DNA of 64,000 nucleotides from the NCBI GenBank assembly GCA_963717085.1, contig CAVQVM010000023.1, forward strand, positions 210,627 through 274,626, given 5' to 3'. The notes below the pieces were generated by a model. That model worked only from the letters and a program-made list of their open reading frames with translations, did no database searches and was not told where the DNA came from. The position numbers were made by a program, and so were the translations under genes. This document shows, piece after piece, positions 48,940 to 57,555 of this stretch (position 1 is its first letter; each line of letters starts with the position of its first letter). Origin of the DNA: an uncultured bacterium. GTDB taxonomy: Bacteria > Actinomycetota > Acidimicrobiia > Acidimicrobiales > VFJN01.

Positions 48940-50001
48940 ATGACCGCCGCAACCGTCCTGCTCATCGTCTTAGCGGTCATCGTCATCGTCTACGTGGCGG
49001 CGGGGGTGCGCATCGTCCGGCCCTACCAGAAGGGCTTGGTCGAGCAGCTCGGCAAGTACAAGGAGACGGTCGACCCCGGCTTCCACCTCATCGCGCCCAT
49101 CTACCAGACGCTGCGGCCGGTGGACATGCGGGAGCAGGTCGTCGACGTGCCGCCCCAGGAAGTCATCACCGAGGACAACGTGGTGGTTTCGGTCGACGCC
49201 GTCATCTACTACGAGCCGACCGAGCCCCAGCGTCTGGTCTACAACGTCGCCAACTTCATGCTGGCCGTGACCAAGCTGGCGCAGACCAACCTGCGCAACC
49301 TGATCGGCGACATGCAGCTCGACGAGGCGCTGACATCGCGCGAGAAGATCAACACCGAGCTGCGGGAGATCCTCGACGACGCCACCGACAAGTGGGGCGT
49401 CCGGGTGGCCCGTGTCGAGATCCAACGGATCGAGCCGCCGGCCGACGTCATGCACGCGATGCACGAGCAGATGAAGGCGGAGCGCACCCGGCGGGCCGTG
49501 GTGACGTCCGCCGAGGGCGAACGCCAGGCGGCCATCACCCGTGCCGAAGGCGACAGGCAGGCGGTGGTGTTGCGGGCCGAGGGTGACAAGCAGCAACGCA
49601 TCCTGCGGGCGGAGGGCGAGGCCGAGGCCATCCAGCGGGTGGCGGAGGCCGAGAAGTTCCGCCAGGAGACCGTCGCCGAGGGCGAGGCGGGTGCCATCCT
49701 GTCCGTCTACGGCGCGATCCACGAGGGCGCCCCCGACACCCCGCTGCTCACCATCAAGTACCTCGAGGCGCTCCGCGCCATGGCCGACGGACGGGCCACC
49801 AAGATCGTGGTGCCCACGGAGCTGGCCGGCATCGCCGGGTCGCTTACCGCCGTGGCCGACCTGCTCGGCGGCAACAGCAGCAACGGCACGAGCAACGACG
49901 GCGCCGAGCCCCCGCCGGTTCCCGAGGCCGGGACCGATCCCACCGCCCGCGCCCCCCGTCCGCCGTCAGCGGAGCCACCGGTCTCGCCCCCGCCCGCCTG
50001 A
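48940..50001 (+). CDS. SPFH/Band 7 (stomatin-like) protein
   Basis: VDMREQ, VITEDNV, AQTNLRNLIG, WGVRVARVEI, QMKAER and a coiled-coil tail. Confidence 0.95.
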   Translation: MTAATVLLIVLAVIVIVYVAAGVRIVRPYQKGLVEQLGKYKETVDPGFHLIAPIYQTLRPVDMREQVVDVPPQEVITEDNVVVSVDAVIYYEPTEPQRLVYNVANFMLAVTKLAQTNLRNLIGDMQLDEALTSREKINTELREILDDATDKWGVRVARVEIQRIEPPADVMHAMHEQMKAERTRRAVVTSAEGERQAAITRAEGDRQAVVLRAEGDKQQRILRAEGEAEAIQRVAEAEKFRQETVAEGEAGAILSVYGAIHEGAPDTPLLTIKYLEALRAMADGRATKIVVPTELAGIAGSLTAVADLLGGNSSNGTSNDGAEPPPVPEAGTDPTARAPRPPSAEPPVSPPPA

Positions 50002-50022
50002 CCCCTTCCAACGTTCGGACGT

Positions 50023-51255
50023 TCAGCCGACTCCCGCCAGCGGTTCGAGCCGCTCCTGGCCCGTGTCCTCGTCCTCCTCGAGGCGCCAGCCCAGGCGGGC
50101 GGCGAGCAGGGGGTGGCCCTCGTCGGGCCCGCTGGCGAGCAGCTCGTCGCCGGCGTGCAGCTCGACATGACCGCGGGGCGAGTAGATGTAGCGGCCGCCC
50201 CGGCGCACCGCGAGCACGTGGAACCCGGGATCCACGTCGAGCTGGAGCTCGTGGAGGGTCGCGCCGTCGGCGGGCGAGCTCGGGCCCACGGGGACCCGTA
50301 CCACCACTTCGTCGCTCTCCCCCAGCGCGATCTTGATGATCGGATGCACCTCCTCGTGCTTCTCGATCAGCCAGACCATCTGCTGGGCCGAGTCGCCGAG
50401 GTCCTCGGCGGCCTGGGACAGATGGAGCAGGCCGCGCAGCGGTGACGGGTCGATGTCGCCCGAGCTGGCGCGCAGCACCCACAGCTCCAGGCGGTCCTTC
50501 ATCTCGTCGAGGCGGTCCTCCAGGTGGCGCACCTCGGCGGCCAGCCCCAGGTCGCGCAGAACGAGCGCCGAGTACGCCAGGCCGACGGCCGTCTCGGAGA
50601 CGTTCTTCATCTCCACCAGCACGTCGATGGCCCGGTCGAGGTCGGTGAGCGTGCCGTCCTCCGGCGGTGTCGGCGGCTCCCACAGCGGGGCGGCGGCGAG
50701 CTCCCTGAGGCGGGTGATGCCCGCGGGCGACCCCCGGAGGAACAGCACATCGCCCGGGAGCATGATCTCCTCGCCCTCGACGTCGGTGATCCACTCCCGG
50801 TCACGCCGGATGGCGACGATGCGCATGCCGGTCTGGACCGGCAGCTCGAGGTCGGCCAGCGGGCGGCGGGCGAGGTGCGACCCGTCGCGCACCCGCACGC
50901 GGTGCGACACCTCCTCGGCGTTGGACAGGTCGGCGACGAGCTCGCGGGGGATGCCGAGCCGGTGGGTGACGATCCGGGCGATGTCGACGGCGGCGTTGGC
51001 GATGCGCTCGATGGCGGAGATCACCTGCAACACCGATGCCATTGCGTCGGCCTCGCGGGGGTTGCGGGCGGCCATGACGCACACCGAGCGCATGTCGTGC
51101 ACCAGCGCTTCCATGCGCTCCTCGAGGGCGCCCACCTCTTCCGCCATGTCCGGATCGCCGAAGTAGAGGGCGGCGTATGCGAGATCGACCATGAGCTCCG
51201 AGAGGTCTTTGACCTCGGCGAGCATGGCCCGGAGATTTCGGGGTATGTCGTCCAT
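50023..51255 (-). CDS. PhoU/TrkA-C (RCK_C) tandem-domain protein: PhoU-RCK_C-PhoU-RCK_C
   Basis: KDLSELMVDLAYAA and AIERIANAA; GMRIVAIRR..GDVLFLRG; KNVSETAVGLAYSA and AAEDLGDSA; GFHVLAVRR..GDELLASG. Confidence 0.85.
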   Translation of the reverse strand: MDDIPRNLRAMLAEVKDLSELMVDLAYAALYFGDPDMAEEVGALEERMEALVHDMRSVCVMAARNPREADAMASVLQVISAIERIANAAVDIARIVTHRLGIPRELVADLSNAEEVSHRVRVRDGSHLARRPLADLELPVQTGMRIVAIRRDREWITDVEGEEIMLPGDVLFLRGSPAGITRLRELAAAPLWEPPTPPEDGTLTDLDRAIDVLVEMKNVSETAVGLAYSALVLRDLGLAAEVRHLEDRLDEMKDRLELWVLRASSGDIDPSPLRGLLHLSQAAEDLGDSAQQMVWLIEKHEEVHPIIKIALGESDEVVVRVPVGPSSPADGATLHELQLDVDPGFHVLAVRRGGRYIYSPRGHVELHAGDELLASGPDEGHPLLAARLGWRLEEDEDTGQERLEPLAGVG

Positions 51256-51285
51256 TGCGGGTATCGACCTCAGACGATAGGCGGA

Positions 51286-52518
51286 TCAGGCGAGCCCCAG
51301 CAGCGCGATGGCGATGATCAGGGTGAAGGCGCCCACGAAGTCGACCGACGAGCTGACCAGCGGGATGCCGTAGGTGTCGGGGTCGACCCCGGTGCGATAG
51401 GCGGCCACGGTGCCGTAGTAGGCCACGGCCACGACGAACAGCAGAGCCAGCCCCCCGGCAATGAGCGATGCGGCGACCATCTGGCCCAGTCCGGGGCTGG
51501 CCTCGCCCAGCGCCTCGGCGACCCAGTGGGCGCCGAACCCGTTGAACACGTACACCGGCACGGCGAGCAGGAAGACGAGGGAGATGTCACGCCGCGCCTC
51601 GCGGTCGGGCCCGGTCTGGGGGTCGACCAAGCCCAGGAACAGCTTCGACGAGAGCCGACCGGAGAGGATGCCGCCGAGCGCACCCGAGCTCGACAGCTGT
51701 GCCGGGACCAGCACCAGCAGCGCCGGCAAGGCCTCGAAACGGGCGAACGACTTCTCGAGCGTGACCCCGGCCAGCGCGCTGATGGACCCGGCGACCACGA
51801 GGATGGGAACGGATTCCCGGACGATGCGGCGCAGGCCCTCGCTCGAGGACTCCCAACCCACAAGGAGCAGGAGGAGTGACGCCACCACCAGGACGGCACC
51901 TACCGTGGGCGAGACCACCGGGATCCCCAGCAGCAGCGTGGCCAGGAACAGGGCCGGCAGCGTCAAGACGTCGCCCAGGGTCGAGACGAGCGGGGCCGTG
52001 ACGTTGTCGAGATCCCAGCCGTAGCGAACCGCCCCCCCGGTAAGTGCGAGCGCGGCGCCGAGCACGACCACAGACCCCAGCACTCCACCAATGATGGACA
52101 CGGTGGACATCGACAACAGGTCGATCGAGTCGGCGATCCCGAGCCCGACGGCGATGGCTTTCGCCACGACCGCCAGCGCGAGCGAGATCGCCATTGTGAG
52201 CAACATCGATGCCACGACGTTCTGACCCAGGACGGTCTCGCGTCGCAGTGACCACCTGAACGTGCCGGCATGGATCGACGTCGACAGCCGGTTGCCGAAG
52301 GAGCCGAAGATGTTGCCGCGCAGCCCGATCGCCGCTGGGACCAGCACCAACAGGCCCGGGTAGCGCTCGAGGGTCCCGGTGATCGACCCCAGGAACGCCC
52401 CGGCCACGAAGCTGGTGCTCGAGTTCAGCCCGAGCGCGACGAGGCTCTGCCGGGCGCCGGCCGCGTCCGGCCCCAGGAGTGCGCGCAACCGCGCCCTAGG
52501 CGGCAAGAGCCATCGCAT
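51286..52518 (-). CDS. MgtE/SLC41-like divalent cation transporter with two membrane domains and no CBS domains
   Basis: P-x6-GN (PAAIGLRGN) and D-x4-P-x6-D (DNVTAPLVSTLGD) in domain 1. PAQLSSSGA and PDTYGIPLVSSSVD in domain 2. Confidence 0.88.
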   Translation of the reverse strand: MRWLLPPRARLRALLGPDAAGARQSLVALGLNSSTSFVAGAFLGSITGTLERYPGLLVLVPAAIGLRGNIFGSFGNRLSTSIHAGTFRWSLRRETVLGQNVVASMLLTMAISLALAVVAKAIAVGLGIADSIDLLSMSTVSIIGGVLGSVVVLGAALALTGGAVRYGWDLDNVTAPLVSTLGDVLTLPALFLATLLLGIPVVSPTVGAVLVVASLLLLLVGWESSSEGLRRIVRESVPILVVAGSISALAGVTLEKSFARFEALPALLVLVPAQLSSSGALGGILSGRLSSKLFLGLVDPQTGPDREARRDISLVFLLAVPVYVFNGFGAHWVAEALGEASPGLGQMVAASLIAGGLALLFVVAVAYYGTVAAYRTGVDPDTYGIPLVSSSVDFVGAFTLIIAIALLGLA

Positions 52519-53205
52519 CGGTGCTGTGGTTTCACGAGGCAATCGAGGGGGCTACCCATCGGAGCGCCGCCAGTCTGCAACACCCTGAGGCGGCTGCGGT
52601 GTACCAACGAGGGTCGACTGCGGCCAGCAGATGCCTGCTCGCCGAGCGGCGACCATCTTCACCCTCGTGTTCCTGCTCCGCTCCCCCAAGCGGATTCGGC
52701 AAACCTGTAACAGAGGGCGGGCTCGACGCGATCTCCATCTGTACGGCTCAGACCAGTGCTGAGCCGTTCCGAGGAGCCGGGGTACGGGACGTGCCGGGGA
52801 GTGGCGGGCATCCCCGGCTCCCCTCGGATCCGACCGATCCCGGCCTCAGGCGCCCCTCAGTGCCTGGGGCCGGAACGCGCCTACGGGCCGCACGCCATCA
52901 GAACTCCGGCGAGCGTCGTCGCCATCACCACTGATACCCGTAGCCCTCGCATGGTGCCCTACCTACCGCTCTCCCGCCGCCTGCGGTGCGACGCAAGTAC
53001 TGACGCCCGACCTCCCCGATCCGATGACCAAAAGAGAAGACGTTTCTTGAGCGAGTCGCAGACACGCGACGAGATACGGCGGCGGCGTGTCGCTGCACGT
53101 TGCCGGGGCTACGCGCTATCTCTCGACGGGGCCGAGCACGTGCCCAATCGTCGCCATGGCGGCCCTAGCGACCCACCCCCGAAGCCCGATTTGGTGTCTT
53201 ATGGC

Positions 53206-53607
53206 TCAGGTGTTGGGGCCGATGAGATGGCATACCCGCTGGGGGTCGCAGTCGGCTGGGTCAAGGTGCTGGGCTCGGTCTTCGAGCCGGCCGAGCTCGG
53301 CTCGGAGGCGTCGGAGCTCGCTGATGCGACGGTCTAGGTCGGCAGCGCGGGCGGTGATCAGGTCGAGCACGTGGCCGCAGGGTGTTGTGCCGCGGTCGCG
53401 GAGGGCCACGATCCCACGGATCTCGCCGAGGCTGAGTCCCACCGCTTGGGCCGAGCGGATGAAAGCGAGGCGGTTGGTGGCCTCCGGGGTGTACTGGCGG
53501 TAGCCCGATGGCGTGCGGGCGGGCGGGTCGAGGACGCCGATGTCTTCGTAGTAGCGGATCGTCTTCGCTGTTACCCCGCTGACGGCGGCGAGCTCTCCGA
53601 TACGCAT
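53206..53607 (-). CDS. MerR-family heavy-metal-responsive regulator
   Basis: MRIGELA, TIRYYEDIG, GYRQY, FIRSAQAVGLSLGEI. Cys in TTPCGHV plus C-terminal ADCDPQRVC. Confidence 0.93.
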   Translation of the reverse strand: MRIGELAAVSGVTAKTIRYYEDIGVLDPPARTPSGYRQYTPEATNRLAFIRSAQAVGLSLGEIRGIVALRDRGTTPCGHVLDLITARAADLDRRISELRRLRAELGRLEDRAQHLDPADCDPQRVCHLIGPNT

Positions 53608-53612
53608 CACCC

Positions 53613-53644
53613 TTGACCTTCCAGCGTGGAGGAACCTTTAGGGT
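53613..53644 (+). promoter_or_regulatory. MerR-type promoter/operator 1
   Basis: TTGACC - 20-bp spacer - TAGGGT, with dyad ACCTTCC-N8-GGAACCT at 53616-53637. Confidence 0.75.
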
Positions 53645-53651
53645 AGCGAGC

Positions 53652-54572
53652 ATGGACATCGAGGTGCTGACGGTTCCGGACTGCCCCCACCGGGCGGAGG
53701 CGATGGCGCGGTTGAGGGTCGCCCTGTCCGCCACGAGAACCGAGGGCGGGGTGGTGTCCGAGCGTGTCATCGCGACCGAGGCCCAGGCGGCAGCGGCGGG
53801 CATGAACGGTTCGCCCACGATTCTCGTCGACGGGGTCGACCTGTTCGGGGTGGAGCTGGCCGAGCCCTCGCTGTCGTGCCGGCTGTATCCATCGCAAGCG
53901 GGGATCGAGGGGGCACCGACAGTCGACGCTTTGATCGACGCGCTGGCCAACCGCGGCATCAGTCCGGCGAGCATGGTCAACGACGTCACGTGCGGCGACC
54001 TGCCTGCCGGTCCGGAGGTGTCGGCGCTCGGACGCCAACTCCGCGTAGCCGGATTCGTGGCCCTCTGGCGCGGCGAGCGGCTCAGCGTGGCGGATCTGGC
54101 CGAGGACACAGCGACGGTCGAGGCTCTGGTGGACGCCGGCCGGCTCGAGCTCGACGATCAGGGCGTTGTGGTGGGGGTGCATGGTCTCGTGGCTCGCCCC
54201 ACTGCGCACCGCGTCGAACACGCCGGCGGGGTGATTCACACGTGGTGTGCGTTGGACGCCATCGGGATCCCCGCGGCGCTGGCGCTCGACGCGGCAGTGG
54301 TTTCGACATGCCCGGCGTGTGGCGCTGCTCTGCGGGTCACGCTCGATGCCGGGATACCTGCCGACGACGGCGTCATGCGGCTCTGGCTTCCCGGTGGACA
54401 GTGCACCCATCTCGTGGAGGACTTTTGCCGGCACGCCAACCTGTACTGCACCGCCGAGCATGTTGCTTCCAAGGTTGCGCCCGGGACGCCCGGATGGGCG
54501 GTGACCGTTACTGACGCCGCGGGCATCGGCCGCGTCGAGTGGGCCGACGTGTCTGCCGTACTTGCCTCTTGA
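53652..54572 (+). CDS. merB: Thioredoxin-like domain fused to alkylmercury lyase (MerB) domain
   Basis: N-terminal EVLTVPDCPH..GSPTILVDG..SLSCRLY. C-terminal HTWCALD (MerB Cys/Asp catalytic pair), STCPACG, EDFCRH (second catalytic Cys). Confidence 0.8.
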   Translation: MDIEVLTVPDCPHRAEAMARLRVALSATRTEGGVVSERVIATEAQAAAAGMNGSPTILVDGVDLFGVELAEPSLSCRLYPSQAGIEGAPTVDALIDALANRGISPASMVNDVTCGDLPAGPEVSALGRQLRVAGFVALWRGERLSVADLAEDTATVEALVDAGRLELDDQGVVVGVHGLVARPTAHRVEHAGGVIHTWCALDAIGIPAALALDAAVVSTCPACGAALRVTLDAGIPADDGVMRLWLPGGQCTHLVEDFCRHANLYCTAEHVASKVAPGTPGWAVTVTDAAGIGRVEWADVSAVLAS

Positions 54573-54600
54573 CCTTCCTCTGCACTGGAAGGTGCAGGAT
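54569..54600 (+). promoter_or_regulatory. MerR-type promoter/operator 2, overlapping the merB stop codon
   Basis: TTGACC - 20-bp spacer - CAGGAT, with dyad ACCTTCC-N8-GGAAGGT at 54572-54593. Confidence 0.8.
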
Positions 54601-54609
54601 TCGGGGGTC

Positions 54610-55116
54610 ATGCAACCCGCGATCGAGGCCAACAGCGAACGGGAAGCCACACGCCATTCCATCGGACCGGCAGGGACCGCCGCCCGGGTCGCGGTCGGCA
54701 TCACGCTGGTCGCGCTGGCCCTGTTCTGGTGGACGCCCACCTGGCTCGACTTCATGCTCGGGCTCGTCGTCCTGCCCGGCGCCGCCATCGGCTTGTTCGC
54801 CTGGCGGGCCCGGTACCATCCGGCGCATTTGAACGCGACGGGACCGGTGGGCCATCTGGCGAACGCGATGGTGTTCGCGCCCCTGTTCATCGTGCCCGCC
54901 ACCGCTGGCGGCGCCGTGCTCTTCTACGGCTCGTCGATGCTCGTGGCCGCGGCCCGCCGCTCGGGCGGTTGCGAGGTCACCGTGATCGCCAACACTGCAC
55001 TCAGGCGCGACGATCAGATTGGCTGCGTACTCTTCGCGCCGATCGACCTGACCGAACGTGCCATCAACCGCGACGAGCGCGGCGCCCCTCGATCGACGAG
55101 CCAGGACATGGGCTGA
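54610..55116 (+). CDS. Uncharacterised membrane protein with two C-terminal Cys (possibly DUF6410-like)
   Basis: Several hydrophobic segments followed by GGCEVTVIAN..LRRDDQIGCVLFAPID. The family label is unverified. Confidence 0.75.
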   Translation: MQPAIEANSEREATRHSIGPAGTAARVAVGITLVALALFWWTPTWLDFMLGLVVLPGAAIGLFAWRARYHPAHLNATGPVGHLANAMVFAPLFIVPATAGGAVLFYGSSMLVAAARRSGGCEVTVIANTALRRDDQIGCVLFAPIDLTERAINRDERGAPRSTSQDMG

Positions 55117-55143
55117 GGCCCTACGGGCCGAACGGTTTCGAGT

Positions 55144-55461
55144 TCAGCCAAGTCGGTACCACCTCGAGACGTCGGATTCGAAGCGTCGCATCAGGTCAGC
55201 CGCCCACTGAACGTCCGCCTCGGCTCGGTCAAGCGCGTTGTGGGCCAGGACTCGGAACCGCTCGGGCGGTAGCGACGGGTCACCGCATTCGGGGCAGGGC
55301 CGCCAGTCCAGCTCGGCGAGATAGGCGAGGTACCTGGCCCGTGCGTAATCGGCGCCCTGCATGAACACCTCGCGCCCATCTGGCGGCGGATCGTCGTGGG
55401 CCGCAGTGATCGCCCACGATGCCACGGCCTCCGCCACTCGACGGTGCACCGTGTCGTGCAT
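55144..55461 (-). CDS. Hypothetical protein with a CxxC motif
   Basis: WRPCPECGDP. The start may extend to 55497. Confidence 0.45.
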   Translation of the reverse strand: MHDTVHRRVAEAVASWAITAAHDDPPPDGREVFMQGADYARARYLAYLAELDWRPCPECGDPSLPPERFRVLAHNALDRAEADVQWAADLMRRFESDVSRWYRLG

Positions 55462-55617
55462 CACTCTTGGTGGCCCTCTGTCAATAGCCGGCATCACGAG
55501 CAGTTGAGCAGCTTCCGGGTACCAGGGCGCGGACCACCAGCATCCCCATCAGCGGATGGCGGAGATCGGCTCGATCCCCGCCACGGGGTCGACGTCGGGA
55601 TCTGCAACACTCGACCG

Positions 55618-56277
55618 ATGCGGTGGGTATTGGCGACCTGTGTCATGGCCCTCGTGCTCGCCGGGTGTGGCGACGAGGGCCAGGAACTGCGCGCACCGAG
55701 TTCCGACCAGACCACGACGTCTGCCAGTACCTCCACGACCGCAGCCTCGTCCACGACCGAAGTCGCCGCCGGCACCGGCGGCGGGACCGGCGGGGAAGAC
55801 GCCTCCGGCGGCGCGGCATCACCGACGACGGCGACGACGCTGCGGCTGACCAGCCCCGCCTTCGAGAACGGGGCGGCGATCCCTAGCGACTTCACGTGCG
55901 TGGGCGACGACGTGTCCCCACCGCTGGCCTGGACCGGGGTCCCGGCAGGCACCGCGGAGCTGGCGGTGGTGGTCCGTGATCCCGACGCCGACGGCTTCGT
56001 CCACTGGGTCATCGCCGGCTTGTCACCCGATCTCGGCGGTGTGGCGCGCGGCAATCCACCCTCGCAGGCGGTCGAGGAGCTCAACGACTTCGGCCGCCAG
56101 GGATGGTCGGGCCCCTGCCCGCCATCGGGCACGCACAACTACGACTTCCGTATCTACGCCCTGGACGAGCCGAGCGGGCTCGCCGCCGGTGCGGACGGGG
56201 CACGGGCGGCCGAGCAGCTGGAGTCCGCCACCGTCCTGGCGTCGGCTGCGCTCAGCGGGACGGCGGCGGCGCCCTAG
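55618..56277 (+). CDS. YbhB/YbcL (PEBP/Raf kinase inhibitor-like) lipoprotein
   Basis: Lipobox LAGC, Thr-rich linker, LTSPAF, SPPLAW, DPDA..FVHW, GPCPP..HNY. Confidence 0.92.
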   Translation: MRWVLATCVMALVLAGCGDEGQELRAPSSDQTTTSASTSTTAASSTTEVAAGTGGGTGGEDASGGAASPTTATTLRLTSPAFENGAAIPSDFTCVGDDVSPPLAWTGVPAGTAELAVVVRDPDADGFVHWVIAGLSPDLGGVARGNPPSQAVEELNDFGRQGWSGPCPPSGTHNYDFRIYALDEPSGLAAGADGARAAEQLESATVLASAALSGTAAAP

Positions 56278-56299
56278 CCGCCAATTCGGCGGGCCACCG

Positions 56300-56611
56300 T
56301 CAGCGGACGGCGAAGCGCCGCGTCGCCGGCGAGCCCGGTGCCTCGACCGGCAACGCGTCGACGGTCACCGACTCGACGATCGCCAGCCTGGGACCCTCGT
56401 GGGCCCACGCCACCAGCGCTTCGACGGCCGCCCGGCTGCCCTGGGCCTCGATCTCGACACGGCCGTCCCACAGGTTGTGCACCCAGCCGGTGACGCCCAA
56501 CCGCTCGGCCTCGTGCCGGCAGCTCTCGCGGAACCACACGCCCTGCACCCGGCCCGCGACGACCGCCCGCACCCGGACGACGGCGCCGGGGCTCGACGCC
56601 GCGGCGCTCAC
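56300..56611 (-). CDS. acyP: Acylphosphatase
   Basis: GRVQGVWFR, GWVHN..DGRVE and GP..A.V motifs. Confidence 0.92.
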   Translation of the reverse strand: MSAAASSPGAVVRVRAVVAGRVQGVWFRESCRHEAERLGVTGWVHNLWDGRVEIEAQGSRAAVEALVAWAHEGPRLAIVESVTVDALPVEAPGSPATRRFAVR

Positions 56612-57555
56612 TCCTCGGGTGTGGACCCGCGGGACGGATCCCCGCCCCCACCCCGACGGGAGCGCTCGTCGGCCTCCATCTCGGCCTCCAGCTCGGACAG
56701 GGGATCGGCCTCCTCGCCCGCCCTGTCGCCCACCGCCTCGTCGGCCCCGGGCTCCTCGCCCGTGTCGGCGTCGGGGCCGTCGGTCCGTCCGGTGCGCTCG
56801 CCGGTGGCGCCGGCGTCGTCGTCGACGGGTTCGTCCGAGAGTTCCTCGGACTCGGCGTCGATGACGCCACGCCGCCCCCGCGTCGGGGCCACCCTCTCGG
56901 CCACCCGCGCCGGCATGTCGGCCTTGCGAATCTGGTAGCTGGCCACTGCGAGGGCCACGAGCGTCGGGAAGAAGAAGTAACCGCCGAGGAACAACACCAT
57001 GGCGGCGAGCGCCACCAGGGCGAACGTGAGGAGGCGGCTCCGGTCGGGGCGACGGTTGGCCCAGAACGCGAATGCAGCCACCGCCACCGGCAGCGCCAGG
57101 TACAGGATCACGCTCGGTCCGCTGGCCTCGAGCAACCCCTCCTTCTGGTCGGGCATCTGCTCGCCGGTGATGGCCTCACGGGCGGACACTGCCACCCCTT
57201 GGAAGGTCCGCGGCAGCGGCTCGCCCCGGTCGTCCACCGGAACCCGGGTGAAGAAGAGCACCGAGACCGCCGACACGATGGCGAGGCCCAGCGCAACCGT
57301 CACGGCCAGATCCCCGGGGCGGCGGTTGCCCCTGGAGCCCAGCAGGCCGCCGAAGCCGGTCCTGCCGGCGGTCGCGCTCGCGGCCGTCCCTGACTCTGCG
57401 CCCGCAGAACCCCCGCTCGAGGCGCGTGAGGAGGCCGGGGACGTCGCGCTGGTCACCGCGTTGGTCCGACGGGCAGCGAGCGCGTCACGGGATGCCCGGT
57501 TCCGGGAGGCCCGGCGCTGCTTGGAGGTCTGGCGCTTGTCCGGCACAGCCGACAA
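56608..57555 (-). CDS. Hypothetical membrane protein (basic N-terminus, 3-4 TM, acidic C-terminal tail)
   Basis: Clear TM segments and good codon usage. Overlaps the acyP start by 4 nt. Confidence 0.75.
   Translation of the reverse strand: MSAVPDKRQTSKQRRASRNRASRDALAARRTNAVTSATSPASSRASSGGSAGAESGTAASATAGRTGFGGLLGSRGNRRPGDLAVTVALGLAIVSAVSVLFFTRVPVDDRGEPLPRTFQGVAVSAREAITGEQMPDQKEGLLEASGPSVILYLALPVAVAAFAFWANRRPDRSRLLTFALVALAAMVLFLGGYFFFPTLVALAVASYQIRKADMPARVAERVAPTRGRRGVIDAESEELSDEPVDDDAGATGERTGRTDGPDADTGEEPGADEAVGDRAGEEADPLSELEAEMEADERSRRGGGGDPSRGSTPEE

Larger units (their letters stand above)
52574..55610. mobile_element. Possible inserted ~3 kb accessory block bounded by a 10-bp direct repeat TCTGCAACAC
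   Basis: Identical 10-mers at 52574-52583 and 55601-55610 bracket a degenerate gap plus the merR/merB-like cassette. No transposase or integrase inside. Confidence 0.4.

Noticed and set aside
53206-55116. Complete canonical mer operon or Tn21/Tn501-type transposon
   Set aside because: No merA, merT, merP, resolvase, transposase or terminal inverted repeats are visible.
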